The position numbers and the translations under genes were made by a program. 45,765 nucleotides of DNA from a virus. Lineage: Duplodnaviria > Caudoviricetes. This document shows, one piece after another, positions 26,198 to 33,846 of the stretch; position 1 is the stretch's first letter, and the number at the start of each line of letters is the position of its first letter. The notes beneath the pieces are model-generated. The model was not told the DNA's origin, searched no databases, and saw only the letters and a list, made by a program, of their open reading frames with translations. Location of the stretch: positions 1 through 45,765 of the IMG/VR virus record IMGVR_UViG_3300049781_000043; one strand, 5' to 3'.

Positions 26198-27186
26198 CCG
26201 CACGTCCGATCATCAACAATCGATCACGGGAAGGTGCTTTGACTAGTCAACCGTCACGCAGTCCGCTGTCTCCCAACGAGCGGGAGGCCGTCGATCTCGT
26301 CGCGCACGACTCAACTCCCTCGGCGGCGGCCTTGGAGGTGGGGACCGTCCGGGTGGGTACGTACAACTTGCTCAACGGCGGCGGAGGCGACCGGTGGGGG
26401 GCCCAGATGGACCTCCTGGCCAGCCTGGATCTGGATGTGCTGTGTATCCAGGAAGCGAAGCACTGGGACCGTCGCCGCCTCGCCAAGGTGTTCGGCACCG
26501 CGAATGCGCTCGAGATGCAGCCGCTGTTCGCCCCGTCAGCCCACCACGGTTGCCACCTGGTCACGCTGTACCGGTGGCCGCGGGTGCGGTGCGAGGGCTT
26601 CGACCCCGACATGGCGTGCGGCAACTTTCACCACACGGCATCTCGCGCCGAACTCTCCGTCGATGGCCTCAGCTTGCAGGTAATTAACACCCACCTTGAT
26701 CCATTCAGCGGTCAGGACAGACTGGACGAGACGGCCTGGTTGACCGAGTACGCCGCGCCCGGTCAGAGGACGCTGCTCGTCGGTGACCTGAACACTGTGG
26801 GCCTCACGGACCAGGAACCCGCCGACTGGGACCAGTTCCCCGCCCATCTGCACTCTCGACACCGTCAGATTCGGGAGAACGGCACTTACGGTGACACGGA
26901 TCGTCGAGCGATGGCGGCCCTGATCTCGGCTGGCTACGTGGACCCACCGGTTCAGCTCGGGATTCCCGCGCAACGGACCGCCGGCTACTGGTCCCCTGAG
27001 GAACTGTGGGACCACCGATCGGACTACGTGCTGGTCGCTCCGGTCCTGGCTCCCTCTCTGTGCGCCTATGAGGTGGTGGACACGGCGGCCGCCCGGGCCC
27101 TAGCCGATCACCTGCCTGTGGTGGCCACGCTCGATCTGCACACGCCACCCCTTACCGGCGGTAGGCATTGGCCTAGACATGACTGA
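26194..27186 (+). CDS. Endonuclease/exonuclease/phosphatase (EEP) family protein
   Basis: TYNLLNGG, DVLCIQE, NTHL, GDLN, DYVL and DHLPV motifs. Confidence 0.92.
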   Translation: MTARPIINNRSREGALTSQPSRSPLSPNEREAVDLVAHDSTPSAAALEVGTVRVGTYNLLNGGGGDRWGAQMDLLASLDLDVLCIQEAKHWDRRRLAKVFGTANALEMQPLFAPSAHHGCHLVTLYRWPRVRCEGFDPDMACGNFHHTASRAELSVDGLSLQVINTHLDPFSGQDRLDETAWLTEYAAPGQRTLLVGDLNTVGLTDQEPADWDQFPAHLHSRHRQIRENGTYGDTDRRAMAALISAGYVDPPVQLGIPAQRTAGYWSPEELWDHRSDYVLVAPVLAPSLCAYEVVDTAAARALADHLPVVATLDLHTPPLTGGRHWPRHD

Positions 27187-27437
27187 TCGTCACTGTGTGT
27201 AATTCGCCTTGGCCAGACATCTAGTCAGCGCCCGGCATGGGGGGTTAAATGAGGCTCGCCGCGTTTCAGCCAAGATCGGCAACGCGCGGGTAGAGCTCGC
27301 CGCTCCCACGGGGAGCGGCGACCGCAGGGTTTCGGACAGGAGACCCAGGCCGAAAGACGCCGCCGCCCGTCCGCGGGCGCGCGGCCGGCGCCGCCGTTCC
27401 ATGCTCCGCAAGCTGAGACGGTGGCGTCCGAAACGGC

Positions 27438-27468
27438 GTGGGCCCGGCAGTCTTATTGCCGGGCCCAC
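27438..27468. terminator. Strong hairpin between convergent genes
   Basis: GTGGGCCCGGCAGT-CTT-ATTGCCGGGCCCAC. Confidence 0.7.
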
Positions 27469-27614
27469 TGCCTCTGTATACGGGCCCGGAGGTCGGTCGG
27501 CTCATCGAAGGCCCGGACACCTCCCCTTCGCGCCCCCTCGGTGCCCCAAAGCGCCGCAACACGGAAGCCCCGAGGGGGTCGTCCAGGTGCGGCGCCGGGC
27601 CCCGGCGGAGTTGG

Positions 27615-27785
27615 CTACGCCGCGCGGACGTAGAAGTGCGGAGCGAAGCGCCGCCCGCGCAGCGGACGCCGCAGGTCCCAGGCCATCTGGCAGGCGTGCT
27701 CGCGGTCGTCAGTGGTCGCGACGACGCGGCCCGGCAGGATTGCGAGGATGCCGCGGCGCTTCATGACGATCTCCCACACGGCCAT
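27615..27785 (-). CDS. Small basic 56-aa protein (absent from ORF track)
   Basis: AAGGGAG RBS; MAVWEIVMKRRGILAILPGRVVATTDDREHACQMAWDLRRPLRGRRFAPHFYVRAA; own promoter. Confidence 0.7.
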   Translation of the reverse strand: MAVWEIVMKRRGILAILPGRVVATTDDREHACQMAWDLRRPLRGRRFAPHFYVRAA

Positions 27786-27832
27786 GACCTGACTCCCTTG
27801 TCCTGTTGAGCGGTTCCTGTTTCGCTCGATCT

Positions 27833-27867
27833 GAGTACAGAGTATGCGTACTCTGTACTCGCGTCAA
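27833..27867 (-). promoter_or_regulatory. Sigma70/HrdB-type promoter TTGACG-N17-TACTCT overlapped by a 28-bp palindrome
   Basis: -35 at 27867-27862, -10 at 27844-27839; GAGTACAGAGTA-TGCG-TACTCTGTACTC at 27833-27860. Confidence 0.75.
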
Positions 27868-27937
27868 CTTGGGACGGACACGCGAGGGCCCGGCGAGGAT
27901 CGTCCTCGCCGGGCCTCTACTTGCCGAGGGGGTCGCG

Positions 27938-28180
27938 TCAGCTCGCCGCGGCCTGCTCGCCGCCCTCCAGGTCCAGGACACGCCGCAGGTCGGCAGTCAC
28001 GACCCGCCAGCCCCCTCCGGCCCGGACCACCTTGCACGGGAACTGTCCCTGGCGGACGAGTCGGTAGGAGGTCGTACGGCCGAGGCCGAACGCCTTCCCG
28101 CCGGTCTCGACATCGATGGTCGGCGGCAGCGTCAGCAAGTCGGCCGTCGTGAGGTTCGTGGAGTCCATGGATTGTGTCAT
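27938..28180 (-). CDS. xis: Excisionase / recombination directionality factor
   Basis: LPPTIDVETGGKAFGLGRTTSYRLVRQGQFPCKVVRAG winged HTH; next to integrase. Confidence 0.8.
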   Translation of the reverse strand: MTQSMDSTNLTTADLLTLPPTIDVETGGKAFGLGRTTSYRLVRQGQFPCKVVRAGGGWRVVTADLRRVLDLEGGEQAAAS

Positions 28181-28199
28181 GGCGGCGCAACTCCCTAGC

Positions 28200-28280
28200 T
28201 GTCATCCCAGATTATGTGACACCGCTGCGCACGATACGACACGGGTTGTCACAGCACAACATCTTCCCTAAGTTGTGCTG
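28200..28280. promoter_or_regulatory. Divergent control region; rightward promoter TTGTCA-N17-TAAGTT with inverted repeats
   Basis: -35 28246-28251, -10 28269-28274, GTG at 28283 (likely leaderless); CAGCACAAC/GTTGTGCTG inverted repeat and TGTGACA/TGTCACA sites. Confidence 0.65.
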
Positions 28281-28282
28281 CT

Positions 28283-28855
28283 GTGGAGCAAACGGATTGG
28301 GCGTCCGGGATGAGCCGCACGATCGCGGGCGAGGTGCGCCGTCATCGGCGGGCCCGCGGCATGAGCGCGCAGAACCTCGCCGACCGGTGCGCCGAGCTGG
28401 GCATCACGTCCCTGCCGCGCTCGGTCATCGCCAACCTGGAGAACGGCCGCCGCGGGAACGTCACCTTCGCCGAGGTGCTGGTCCTGGCGGCCGCGCTCGA
28501 CGTCCCTCCGGCTGTCCTCGTCTTCCCCGTCGGCCACGCCGAGGCGGTCGAGTACCTGCCCGGTGAGAGTGCGCCGCCGCTGGACGCCCTCGACTGGTTC
28601 AACGGCGCCAGCCGGGACGATGACAGCGCCCTCGCCCTGCTGCTCCAACACCGAAACCTTGAGCAACGTATCCGCGGGCACTACCGCCGGATCTGGGACA
28701 CGGCCAAGCACGGGGAGCCGGACGGCCCCGAGGCGCAGGCGGCCCGCGAGGTCGCCGAGGAGCTGACGGAGCAGTTGCGCGAGGTCCGCGCCGAGATCCG
28801 GGCGCGCGGCCTGGTGCTGCCGTCCTCGGCCGGTCTGGACGTCGACGGGGAGTAA
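28283..28855 (+). CDS. XRE-family HTH regulator upstream of integrase
   Basis: VRRHRRARGMSAQNLADRC...RSVIANLENGRR...LAAALDVPP. Confidence 0.9.
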   Translation: MEQTDWASGMSRTIAGEVRRHRRARGMSAQNLADRCAELGITSLPRSVIANLENGRRGNVTFAEVLVLAAALDVPPAVLVFPVGHAEAVEYLPGESAPPLDALDWFNGASRDDDSALALLLQHRNLEQRIRGHYRRIWDTAKHGEPDGPEAQAAREVAEELTEQLREVRAEIRARGLVLPSSAGLDVDGE

Positions 28856-28864
28856 GGGGGAGGC

Positions 28865-30457
28865 ATGGCCGCAGCACGGCGGGCCGGGAGCATCACGAAG
28901 CGCTGCGAGTGCCGGGGGGAGGGCGGGAAGCGGCTCGGTAAGGACTGCCCCCTGCTCGCGAAGAAGAATCACGGCACCTACCAGGTACAGCAGGAGATCC
29001 CGCCGAAGGCGGACGGGACGCGGCGCATCTGGCGGCGCGTCGGCTACGCCATGGTCAAGGACGCACAGAACGACCTCGACAAGGTCCGGGCGATCCTCGA
29101 CCTGATCGAGGAGGGCGACGACGAGGAGCAGCGGGCGACGCAGATCGGTGACCTCCTCGGGCAGGTGAGCAGCGAGCGGGCGCCGATCCCGGAGGCGGCC
29201 GAGGTGAAGCGTCGGCTGTCGGCCGGGGTGGAGCTCGTAGGCACCATGACCGTCGGGGAGTGGCTTGACTCGTGGGTCGTGGCGAAGAAGACGAAGCGGC
29301 TGACGACCAAGGGTTACGAATCGCACATTCGCGTTCACCTGAAGCCGGGGCTCGGGCGGCGGCGCCTGGACCGGTTGAACATCACACACTGTCAGCAGTT
29401 CTTCGACGCGATCGACGAGGCGAACGAGGTGATCGCCGCCGAGAACCAGCAGCGTCGGGAGCAGGAGGCGCGGTGCCGGTGGGGGAAGAACGGCCGGCCG
29501 TCGAGGGCGGAGTCCGAGCGCCTGGCGGCGGAGCGCGAGAAGCTGGCCGCCATGCCTCCGTACCGGAAGATCACCGGTCCGGCGACGAAGCAGCGGATCC
29601 GGGCGACGCTCCGGGCCGCGCTCAACGGGGCGATCCGGAAGCAGCTGATCACGTTCAACCCGGCCGAGTGGGTCGACCTGGAGTCGGGGAAGCGGCCGAA
29701 GGCGAAGCTCTGGACGGCCGCGCACGTCGCCTACTGGGAGCAGACCGGGGAGAAGCCGAGCCCGGTCATGGTCTGGACGCCCGAGCAGGCTGGGGCGTTC
29801 CTCGACGAGGCCGAGGCGTCGCGGCTCTATGCGTTCTTTCACCTGCTGATGTTCCGCGGCCTGCGCCGGGGCGAGGGCGTCGGTCAGGACTGGGTTCACG
29901 TCGACCTCGACGCCGGGCTCATCACGCCCACGCGGGAGCTGGTCGTCGACGACTGGCAGGTGTTCGAGGACGACCTGAAGACCGAGGAGTCCGTCGCGAC
30001 GATCGCCCTCGACAACGAGAGCGTCGCCGTGCTGCGGGAGCACCGCGCGCGGCAGCTCGCCGAACGCGCCTCGTGGAACCGGTACGCGGCCGAGGAGCGG
30101 GCGAAGGGTGAGGACGTCGCGGACTGGGTGGACACGGGGAAGGTGTTCACGGAGCCTGACGGGACGTGGCTGCACCCGGAGAAGGTGAGCGATGAGTTCC
30201 GCCGGATCCGGGACCGGGCGGGCCTGCCCCCGGTGAACCTGCGGGACTGTCGGCACGTCGCCGGGACCCTCGTCCACGCGGGCGGCGGGGACATCTTCGC
30301 CGTGCAGAAGACGTTGCGGCACGCGACGAGCCAGCTCACCGCGGACACGTATACCGAGCTGCTGGAGGAGGTCGACCGGGACATTGCGGAGAAGGCCGCG
30401 GCCCTCGTCCCGCGCGCCCGCAGGAGCCGGGAGGACGTCGTCCAGGCCGAGGAGTAG
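28865..30457 (+). CDS. int: Tyrosine integrase
   Basis: GLRRGE, LKT, LRDCRH, TLRH and DTYT catalytic motifs; SAM-like domain; adjacent attP. Confidence 0.95.
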   Translation: MAAARRAGSITKRCECRGEGGKRLGKDCPLLAKKNHGTYQVQQEIPPKADGTRRIWRRVGYAMVKDAQNDLDKVRAILDLIEEGDDEEQRATQIGDLLGQVSSERAPIPEAAEVKRRLSAGVELVGTMTVGEWLDSWVVAKKTKRLTTKGYESHIRVHLKPGLGRRRLDRLNITHCQQFFDAIDEANEVIAAENQQRREQEARCRWGKNGRPSRAESERLAAEREKLAAMPPYRKITGPATKQRIRATLRAALNGAIRKQLITFNPAEWVDLESGKRPKAKLWTAAHVAYWEQTGEKPSPVMVWTPEQAGAFLDEAEASRLYAFFHLLMFRGLRRGEGVGQDWVHVDLDAGLITPTRELVVDDWQVFEDDLKTEESVATIALDNESVAVLREHRARQLAERASWNRYAAEERAKGEDVADWVDTGKVFTEPDGTWLHPEKVSDEFRRIRDRAGLPPVNLRDCRHVAGTLVHAGGGDIFAVQKTLRHATSQLTADTYTELLEEVDRDIAEKAAALVPRARRSREDVVQAEE

Positions 30458-30475
30458 GTCTGCCACGATGGGCCG

Positions 30476-30703
30476 ATGGTTCACCGTCTGCGTCGGCTCC
30501 TCCGTCTGGGCCCCACGGTTGCTGAGCGCCAGCGCGCGGCCCTCCTCGCCCTCGGGAGCGCGATGGCCGAGGGCCTGGCGGAAGGTGTCCGGGACCCGCG
30601 CCCTCTCACGGCGGAGGAGACCGATCACCTCATGGCCTACGCCGGCCACGTCGCCCGGCGGTCGTTCTCGGTGCTGTATGACGGCGAGGATCGGCTCCCG
30701 TAG
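30476..30703 (+). CDS. Hypothetical protein between int and attP
   Basis: 75-aa ORF with high GC3, followed by a hairpin. Confidence 0.5.
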   Translation: MVHRLRRLLRLGPTVAERQRAALLALGSAMAEGLAEGVRDPRPLTAEETDHLMAYAGHVARRSFSVLYDGEDRLP

Positions 30704-30723
30704 GGTCGGAGCGAGCAGTCGTC

Positions 30724-30756
30724 AGGGGCCTCGTCATTGCAGGTGGCGGGGCCCTT
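30724..30756 (+). terminator. Hairpin after integrase operon
   Basis: AGGGGCCTCGTCA/TGGCGGGGCCCTT. Confidence 0.6.
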
Positions 30757-30926
30757 CTGCTCGCTCTTTGCTCGCTCGGAGGATCCGTAACGGACTGACA
30801 GGATGCGTCAGGATGCGACAGCGGAGCCGGGTGGACGAGGGTCCGGATAGGCTGCTGACCAGCACGATCCGACCCGCGTCGACACGCGCTGACAGAATCC
30901 GTCACAGGGCATACCTGGCCACCCGG

Positions 30927-30974
30927 GGACTCATAATCCGTCGGCCGTGGGTTCGAGTCCCACCCGCCCCACCA
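30927..30974 (+). other. attP common core: 3' half of a tRNA with CAT anticodon (Met/Ile2)
   Basis: GGACTCATAATCCGTCGGCCGTGGGTTCGAGTCCCACCCGCCCCACCA: anticodon loop, T arm, acceptor 3' strand and CCA; no D arm or 5' acceptor strand. Confidence 0.9.
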
Positions 30975-31165
30975 CGCGCTAAGCGGGCAGAAACCTTCTC
31001 ACCTGCGGCGGAGCCGGATCCCTCGCCACACCGAGAGGGTCGCTCGACCGGCCCAAGGTCGTCTGCTCGCTCTTTGCTCGCTCGAAGCGCCAACGATCTT
31101 GGTTGGTGCCTGGAGACGCCTCTCCGGCCGCACGGTGACCGTCCCGGCCGGGACGTGCCGATCAT

Positions 31166-31196
31166 GACGAAGGGGCCCCATAGGGCCCCTGTCGTC
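31166..31196 (-). terminator. Hairpin terminating repressor operon
   Basis: GACGAAGGGGCCC-CATA-GGGCCCCTGTCGTC downstream of leftward genes. Confidence 0.7.
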
Positions 31197-31212
31197 TCTC
31201 GGCGAGTGGCGG

Positions 31213-31833
31213 TCAGCCTTCGGCTGGTCGTGCGTGGTCCGGCTCGGGCTGCGTCTGGCGTCCGATGCACGACACGGTGGGCGGATCGGGCGTCCCGCGC
31301 TCCCGGTGGCGGTCACGGCTGCCACCCGGCCGCGGCCGGCGCGGACGGGTGAACTGGGCGGCCCGCTCGTCGACCTCGCCGAGGATCATGCCGTTGTACT
31401 CGGCCGCGAGGGCGTCGAAGTCGGTCCGGAGTTGGTCGCGTTCGGCGACCGCCTCGTCCCGCTCGGCTCTCGCCTCACGTAATTGGTCGACGAGCGTGCG
31501 GTATTGCCCCTGGTTGAGTTCGGAGTGACGATTCAGCAGCTCCTCGCGTTCGCGTAGCTCGGCCGCCCGCCGCGCGAACTCCTCGCCAAGCAGCCGACGG
31601 GACTCAGCGAGGTGCTCGATTTCTCGGCGTGTGCGCTCCTCGTGCGCGGCGATCCATTGGTGCAGCGTGGCGAGGGAAATGACGGTGACGAGGATGACCG
31701 GGAAGAGCCTGACGGCTATCAGCATCAGTAGGCCGGGGAGGTCGTCTGTCGAGATCTCGTCGACGCCCGCCACGGTCAGCGTGATCCCTGCCGCGAGTCC
31801 GCTGACTGCGCCGATCGTCGTCCTGCCCGGCAT
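31213..31833 (-). CDS. Membrane protein with coiled coil
   Basis: Two N-terminal hydrophobic segments, then E/R-rich coiled coil; directly follows repressor. Confidence 0.7.
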   Translation of the reverse strand: MPGRTTIGAVSGLAAGITLTVAGVDEISTDDLPGLLMLIAVRLFPVILVTVISLATLHQWIAAHEERTRREIEHLAESRRLLGEEFARRAAELREREELLNRHSELNQGQYRTLVDQLREARAERDEAVAERDQLRTDFDALAAEYNGMILGEVDERAAQFTRPRRPRPGGSRDRHRERGTPDPPTVSCIGRQTQPEPDHARPAEG

Positions 31834-31838
31834 CCCCG

Positions 31839-32315
31839 TTACCCCCTAGCTGCGGCACCCCCGTCGACGCCGCTCCGTGCGTTCTCTTCCGCCTGCATGG
31901 CAAGCGCGTTCTCGATGCTGGCGATCAGGCCGCGACGGATGATCGGGTTGGTGATCTGCCAGGAGTCGGCTGCAGCGTCAGGTGTCAGCACCTGGTGGGG
32001 GGCCGCATGCCCCGAGGGTACAACCGGAGCCCCCTCTTCGGGCCAGTCCTCGGCTCCGATGACTCCCGACTCGACCATAAGGTTGCGCAGGGGGTAGTCC
32101 AGAACTTTCGCCCACTTGGCGAACTGCCAGATCTGGGGGAGGACGTCGCCGTCGAGGGCGCGGCTGACCATGGACACGTTGATGTCCAGCTTCCGGGCAA
32201 GCTCCTTGCGGCCGCCGGCGCCGGACTCAATCGCGATCCCCTTGTCTCTGGCTAGCTGTGTGACCAGCGCGCCGAAGCGCCTCGCCACTTCTTTTCGTTC
32301 TTCCATGCTCCGCAT
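31839..32315 (-). CDS. Immunity repressor (cI-like XRE HTH)
   Basis: GGRKELARKLDINVSMVSRALDGDVLP HTH; divergent from cro-like gene; start 32315 or 32306. Confidence 0.8.
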   Translation of the reverse strand: MRSMEERKEVARRFGALVTQLARDKGIAIESGAGGRKELARKLDINVSMVSRALDGDVLPQIWQFAKWAKVLDYPLRNLMVESGVIGAEDWPEEGAPVVPSGHAAPHQVLTPDAAADSWQITNPIIRRGLIASIENALAMQAEENARSGVDGGAAARG

Positions 32316-32331
32316 GTCTAACGACGGTAGC

Positions 32332-32541
32332 GCGCTCGCAAGCGACGCGCTATCGCTTGCCCGCGAGCAAACTGCCAGGTCAGGCCATATGGAGAGGGTT
32401 CCTGCTGGTCCGGGCAGGGGTTCGTCCACTTCCCTTTACGAAAAAGACACACCATCTGATCCACTCAAGATGGTTGCTTGCGAGCAAGCGACCATCTACG
32501 TTTGCTCGTGAGCAAGCGAGCGACTAGCTCGCGAGCAAGCG
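32332..32541. promoter_or_regulatory. Immunity operators (consensus TTGCTCGCGAGCAA) and rightward promoter TTGCTT-N17-TACGTT
   Basis: Palindromes at 32357-32370, 32474-32487, 32502-32515 and 32525-32538, degenerate copy at 32332-32345; -35 32474-32479, -10 32497-32502. Confidence 0.85.
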
Positions 32542-32562
32542 CACGAGTGGAGGAGTGACCGC

Positions 32563-32874
32563 GTGTCCATGCGCAGTCGGAGCCCCGGAGGACGGGGCGC
32601 GAAGCTGCACCGGTACCGCCTCAACGCCGCCGTCCTACGCAAGAAGGCGAAGGCGGCTGGCGACACCGAACAGCGGGAGATCGCCCGGCGGACCGGCCTC
32701 GACGAGGGCGCCCTGTCCCGGCTGCTGGCCGGGACCAGGAGCCCGAGCCTCGAAACGGTCGTCGCCCTCGCGGCGGCCTACGGAGGCCCGATCGAGGACC
32801 TGCTGACCAACCCGGACGGCACCCCGCTCCGGATCCCCGCACAGGCCGTACGGACGGTCGCCGCCGTCGTCTGA
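32563..32874 (+). CDS. Cro-like HTH regulator
   Basis: GGAGGAG RBS; QREIARRTGLDEGALSRLLAGTRSPSLET. Confidence 0.85.
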   Translation: MSMRSRSPGGRGAKLHRYRLNAAVLRKKAKAAGDTEQREIARRTGLDEGALSRLLAGTRSPSLETVVALAAAYGGPIEDLLTNPDGTPLRIPAQAVRTVAAVV

Positions 32875-32959
32875 CGGCGACCGGGGCCGCCGAGACCCTG
32901 CACGGTCCCGACAGCCCCGAATCACCCAGGCACCTCAAAACCGAGATTCGAGGTCCCCA

Positions 32960-33313
32960 TTGAGCAAGCACTGTAACCCCCAGGGATCGCCCGCCCAGAC
33001 CCTCGCGGCCCTGTTGGTGGCCCACCCCGAGGTCGTCGGGCTCACGTGGTCGATCGACCCGTCCGGCGTCATCCACGGCGCCAACCCGGAGGACGACGGC
33101 CGCACGGTCGCCCGCCTCGCCCACATCCTCGGCGGGACCCCGCTGACCCGGACCACGACCAACCCGGTCGGCGACCGGCTCGCCCTGACCGAGCTTGTCA
33201 CCGTGTGGCACGGCGCGCACTTCACGATCTGGACCACGCACGAGACCCCCGTCGAGACCGAGGGCGTCCGTCCCCTCGGCGCGGTCGTCCCGGCCCTGAC
33301 GGGAGCCCGGTAA
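32960..33313 (+). CDS. Hypothetical early protein
   Basis: GAGG RBS, TTG start, high GC3. Confidence 0.65.
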   Translation: MSKHCNPQGSPAQTLAALLVAHPEVVGLTWSIDPSGVIHGANPEDDGRTVARLAHILGGTPLTRTTTNPVGDRLALTELVTVWHGAHFTIWTTHETPVETEGVRPLGAVVPALTGAR

Positions 33314-33426
33314 TGGAGACCGCGCGCACGGTCGTCCTCCTGCTCATCGCCGTCTGCGTCGACCTCCTGCCCGTCTACTTCGTGGCCCGCCGTCAGGACG
33401 AGGCCGCCGAGCGGGGTGAGCAGTAG
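33313..33426 (+). CDS. 37-aa membrane peptide
   Basis: TAATG overlap; METARTVVLLLIAVCVDLLPVYFVARR. Confidence 0.6.
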   Translation: METARTVVLLLIAVCVDLLPVYFVARRQDEAAERGEQ

Positions 33427-33569
33427 TGGCCAAGCACGATCACCGCGCCTGCCGTCTGTGCGGCCTCCAGCGCCACCCGGCCCGAGCTAAGGACGCCGCC
33501 GTCGTGCGCCGTCTCCTCGTCCTCCAGGCGCCGGCCGACCGCAGCCAGCAGCAGGGAGACCAGGCGTGA
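33426..33569 (+). CDS. 47-aa hypothetical protein (HxxCxxCxxxxH)
   Basis: TAGTG overlap; MAKHDHRACRLCGLQRHP. Confidence 0.55.
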   Translation: MAKHDHRACRLCGLQRHPARAKDAAVVRRLLVLQAPADRSQQQGDQA

Positions 33570-33618
33570 AGACCCGTCAGGCCCTCACCACCCATGACCA
33601 GCCGGAAGGCGGTGCCCG

Positions 33619-33846
33619 ATGAGACCGATGCAGGACCACGAACGCGTGCTCGCTCAGATCGAGCGGGGCGAAGTCCTCGCGGGTCCCGAGGCCGCCCGGC
33701 GGATCGCCGCCGCCCATGAGGCCGCGTACGGCGACGCCTGGAAGCGCCCGGCCCCGGCCGCGCCCGTCGCGTCGGTCGCCGCTGACGACGCCTGGACCGA
33801 CGCCATCCGCTCCCTCGACGAGACCGCCGGAGGTATCGCCGCATGA
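33619..33846 (+). CDS. Hypothetical protein
   Basis: Coupled (ATGA) to downstream exonuclease. Confidence 0.65.
   Translation: MRPMQDHERVLAQIERGEVLAGPEAARRIAAAHEAAYGDAWKRPAPAAPVASVAADDAWTDAIRSLDETAGGIAA

Larger units (their letters stand above)
30709..31084. repeat. attP arm-type sites: TGCTCGCTC repeats
   Basis: Identical 23-bp TCTGCTCGCTCTTTGCTCGCTCG at 30756-30778 and 31062-31084, plus one inverted copy at 30709-30718, flanking the core. Confidence 0.8.

Noticed and set aside
27209-27600. ORFs 27209-27766, 27266-27562 and 27190-27468
   Set aside because: No RBS or codon bias, and they span a terminator-like hairpin; probably non-coding
30901-30974. Complete tRNA gene
   Set aside because: Only the anticodon loop to CCA is present; upstream sequence cannot form the D arm or 5' acceptor strand
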